From a virus (taxonomy: Duplodnaviria > Caudoviricetes): 26,623 bases of DNA. Below are positions 24,974-26,623 of the stretch, piece by piece. Position 1 is the first letter of the stretch. Each line of letters starts with the position of its first letter. The notes under the pieces were generated by a model. It saw nothing but the letters and a program-made list of their open reading frames with translations. It was not told the DNA's origin and ran no database searches. The stretch lies in IMG/VR virus record IMGVR_UViG_3300045250_000014, positions 1 through 26,623 of that record. The stretch is one strand, 5' to 3'. The position numbers were made by a program, and so were the translations under genes.

Positions 24974-25507
24974 ATGTCTTTCAACGCATACCAGGCCTTC
25001 CGAGGCCCCATCAAACTCCCCATCGGCGGCAAGGAATACACCCTCCCGACCGTGTCCGCCGAACTCGGCGTCCGCCTCACCCTCATCGCCGAACGATCCT
25101 CCGAGATCATGCGCATCGCCATCCACAACGACGAAGCCAGACAGGCCGCCGAAGCCAACGGTGAACCCGCACCCGAACCGGAACCGATCCCCGACTTCCA
25201 GATCGACGGCGTCGAATCCGTCGACGACATGAACAAGGAACTCCTCGGCCCCCTCTACGACGAAATGGTCGCAGACGGCGTCCCCTTCGAAGCCCTCGTC
25301 CTCGCCGGGCAGACCGCAACACACGACTTCCTCTACGGGCGCGAAGCCGCCGAGGCCTACTGGAACTCCGGTGGCGACCCAAAAGCAGTAGCGGAGACGC
25401 TCCCCGCAGCGAACGTTTTCAGTCAGAGTACGGGCGCGGAGAATACGACCCCGACACCGGACTCTACGAGTGGTACGAAGCCCCAACCGAAGAAGTCGAA
25501 GAGCTAA
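24974..25507 (+). CDS. Tail assembly chaperone (G)
   Basis: LPIGGKEY..P, LGPLYDEMVADGV; AAGGAG RBS; contains slippery C CCA AAA. Confidence 0.85.
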   Translation: MSFNAYQAFRGPIKLPIGGKEYTLPTVSAELGVRLTLIAERSSEIMRIAIHNDEARQAAEANGEPAPEPEPIPDFQIDGVESVDDMNKELLGPLYDEMVADGVPFEALVLAGQTATHDFLYGREAAEAYWNSGGDPKAVAETLPAANVFSQSTGAENTTPTPDSTSGTKPQPKKSKS

Positions 25508-25725
25508 ACGGCTCCCACCCCACCATCACCTACACGGCCATGGTGGAGCAGTGGCGGCTCCTCGAGGGCGCGTTCACGCAGGTCCTCGGCATCACTCTCG
25601 AGGACGAGTTCCCGAACCGCTCCTGGCGGTGGTTCACCACGCACGTGAACACCCTCATCAACACGGACTGCGCGTTCGCTCGCGCCGTCGCACCCGAGCC
25701 GAAGAGTGCACCCGAAACCGAATAA
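25378..25725 (+). CDS. Tail assembly chaperone -1 frameshift extension (GT)
   Basis: CCCAAAA at 25378-25384; -1 frame open from 25384 (SSSGDA...YGRGEYDPDTGLYEWY) into ORF 25540-25725. Confidence 0.85.
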   Translation, partial: PKSSSGDAPRSERFQSEYGRGEYDPDTGLYEWYEAPTEEVEELNGSHPTITYTAMVEQWRLLEGAFTQVLGITLEDEFPNRSWRWFTTHVNTLINTDCAFARAVAPEPKSAPETE

Positions 25726-25740
25726 CGGAGGTTACCCGCC

Positions 25741-26504
25741 ATGGCCATGACCGCTGCCGAACTTGTCGCCTACCTCCGCCTCGACGACCGTGGCTTCACG
25801 AAGGGCATGCAGCAGGCCGAGAAGACCATGGCCGCGTCGGACGGGAACTTCCGCAAGTTCGCGAAGGGCATGGGCAACGCCGCAGCCGGGGCGATTACCG
25901 GTGGCGCCGCCGCCGCCACCGCATTGGGCACGTCCGTGTTCAAGACCGGCGTCGAGTACAACACCCTGCAGCAGTCCTCCCGTGCCGCACTCAAGACGAT
26001 CATGGGTGGCGGCGCGCAGGCCAACGCCCAGATGGACAAGCTGGACTCCTTCGCGAAGAACTCCCCGTTCTCGAAGGCCGTCTTCATTAAGGCGCAGCAG
26101 CAGCTCCTCGGCTTCGGCATGACCGCGAAGGACGTCGTCCCCACCCTGGACGCCATCCAGAACGCGGTCGCCGCCACCGGTGGGTCCAATGAGGATATTG
26201 CCGAGATCAGCACGGTCCTCGCCCAGGTCACTGGTACCGGCAAGATCACCGCCGAAACCCTGAACCAGCTCGGCTACCGGGGCATCAACGCCGCCGACAT
26301 CATCGGCAAGGAGATGGGCAAGTCCGGCAACGAGATCCGGGCATCCATCACGAAGGGCACCCTGGACGCCGGCAAGGCCATGGACGCGCTGACCTCCGGG
26401 ATGCAGAAGCGTTTCGGTGGTGCCGCAGCAAACGTGAAGCAGACCATGTCCGGTGCCGCCGACCGTATCAAGGCGGCATTCCGTGACGTCGGCTCGAAGC
26501 TGGC
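25741..26504 (+). pseudogene. Tape measure protein, interrupted by an IS
   Basis: FAKNSPF, LLGFG, GKITAETLNQL...GI tape-measure N-terminal motifs; sequence character changes abruptly at 26505. Confidence 0.88.
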
Positions 26505-26623
26505 TGTCAAGTCCTGGGTTTTGTTGAGGGTCAGCGGTTGTTGAGTTTCAGGCCGCGGTGGCGGTCTGGTCGGGGCCGGTGTGTCCGGCCCAGTATTGGG
26601 CTTCGACTTCCGTAGGGGTGCGG
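26505..26623 (-). mobile_element. IS3-family insertion sequence, right end (partial)
   Basis: Terminal TGTCAAGTCCTGGGTTTTGTTGAGG (minus strand ends ...CA); adjacent transposase C-terminus. Confidence 0.8.
26548..26622 (-). CDS. IS3-family transposase OrfB C-terminal fragment
   Basis: RTPTEVEAQYWAGHTGPDQTATAA* matches the TP.E.E..Y ending of IS3 OrfB proteins. Confidence 0.75.
   Translation of the reverse strand, partial: RTPTEVEAQYWAGHTGPDQTATAA

Noticed and set aside
24329-25486. 385-aa minus-strand ORF
   Set aside because: Shadow of tail genes

Overview
High-GC actinobacterial temperate siphophage (prophage) segment. Left to right: a tmRNA-type att core with terminator; an ImmA/IrrE protease, repressor and Cro switch; an early region (Xis-like, RecE/RecT/SSB, replication initiator, inserted P63C gene, iteron-like origin, small ORFs, morons, Holliday junction resolvase); a structured non-coding late leader ending in a tRNA-like element; and an SPP1/A118-type head and tail module. 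The tape measure gene is cut by an IS3-family element at 26505, so the phage is probably defective. Best unexplained signals: (1) the major capsid and major tail genes end in homologous slippery-site/stop/hairpin cassettes whose -1 frames encode nearly the same 9-aa tag (ITARVKATI, MTARVSATV); (2) a late-leader hairpin array, one loop of which is antisense to the AGGAACCACC ribosome-binding motif of seven early genes; (3) a 15-bp operator repeated at three distant promoters; (4) two non-canonical tRNA-like folds. All product calls come from motif recognition and gene order by eye; no database search was run.
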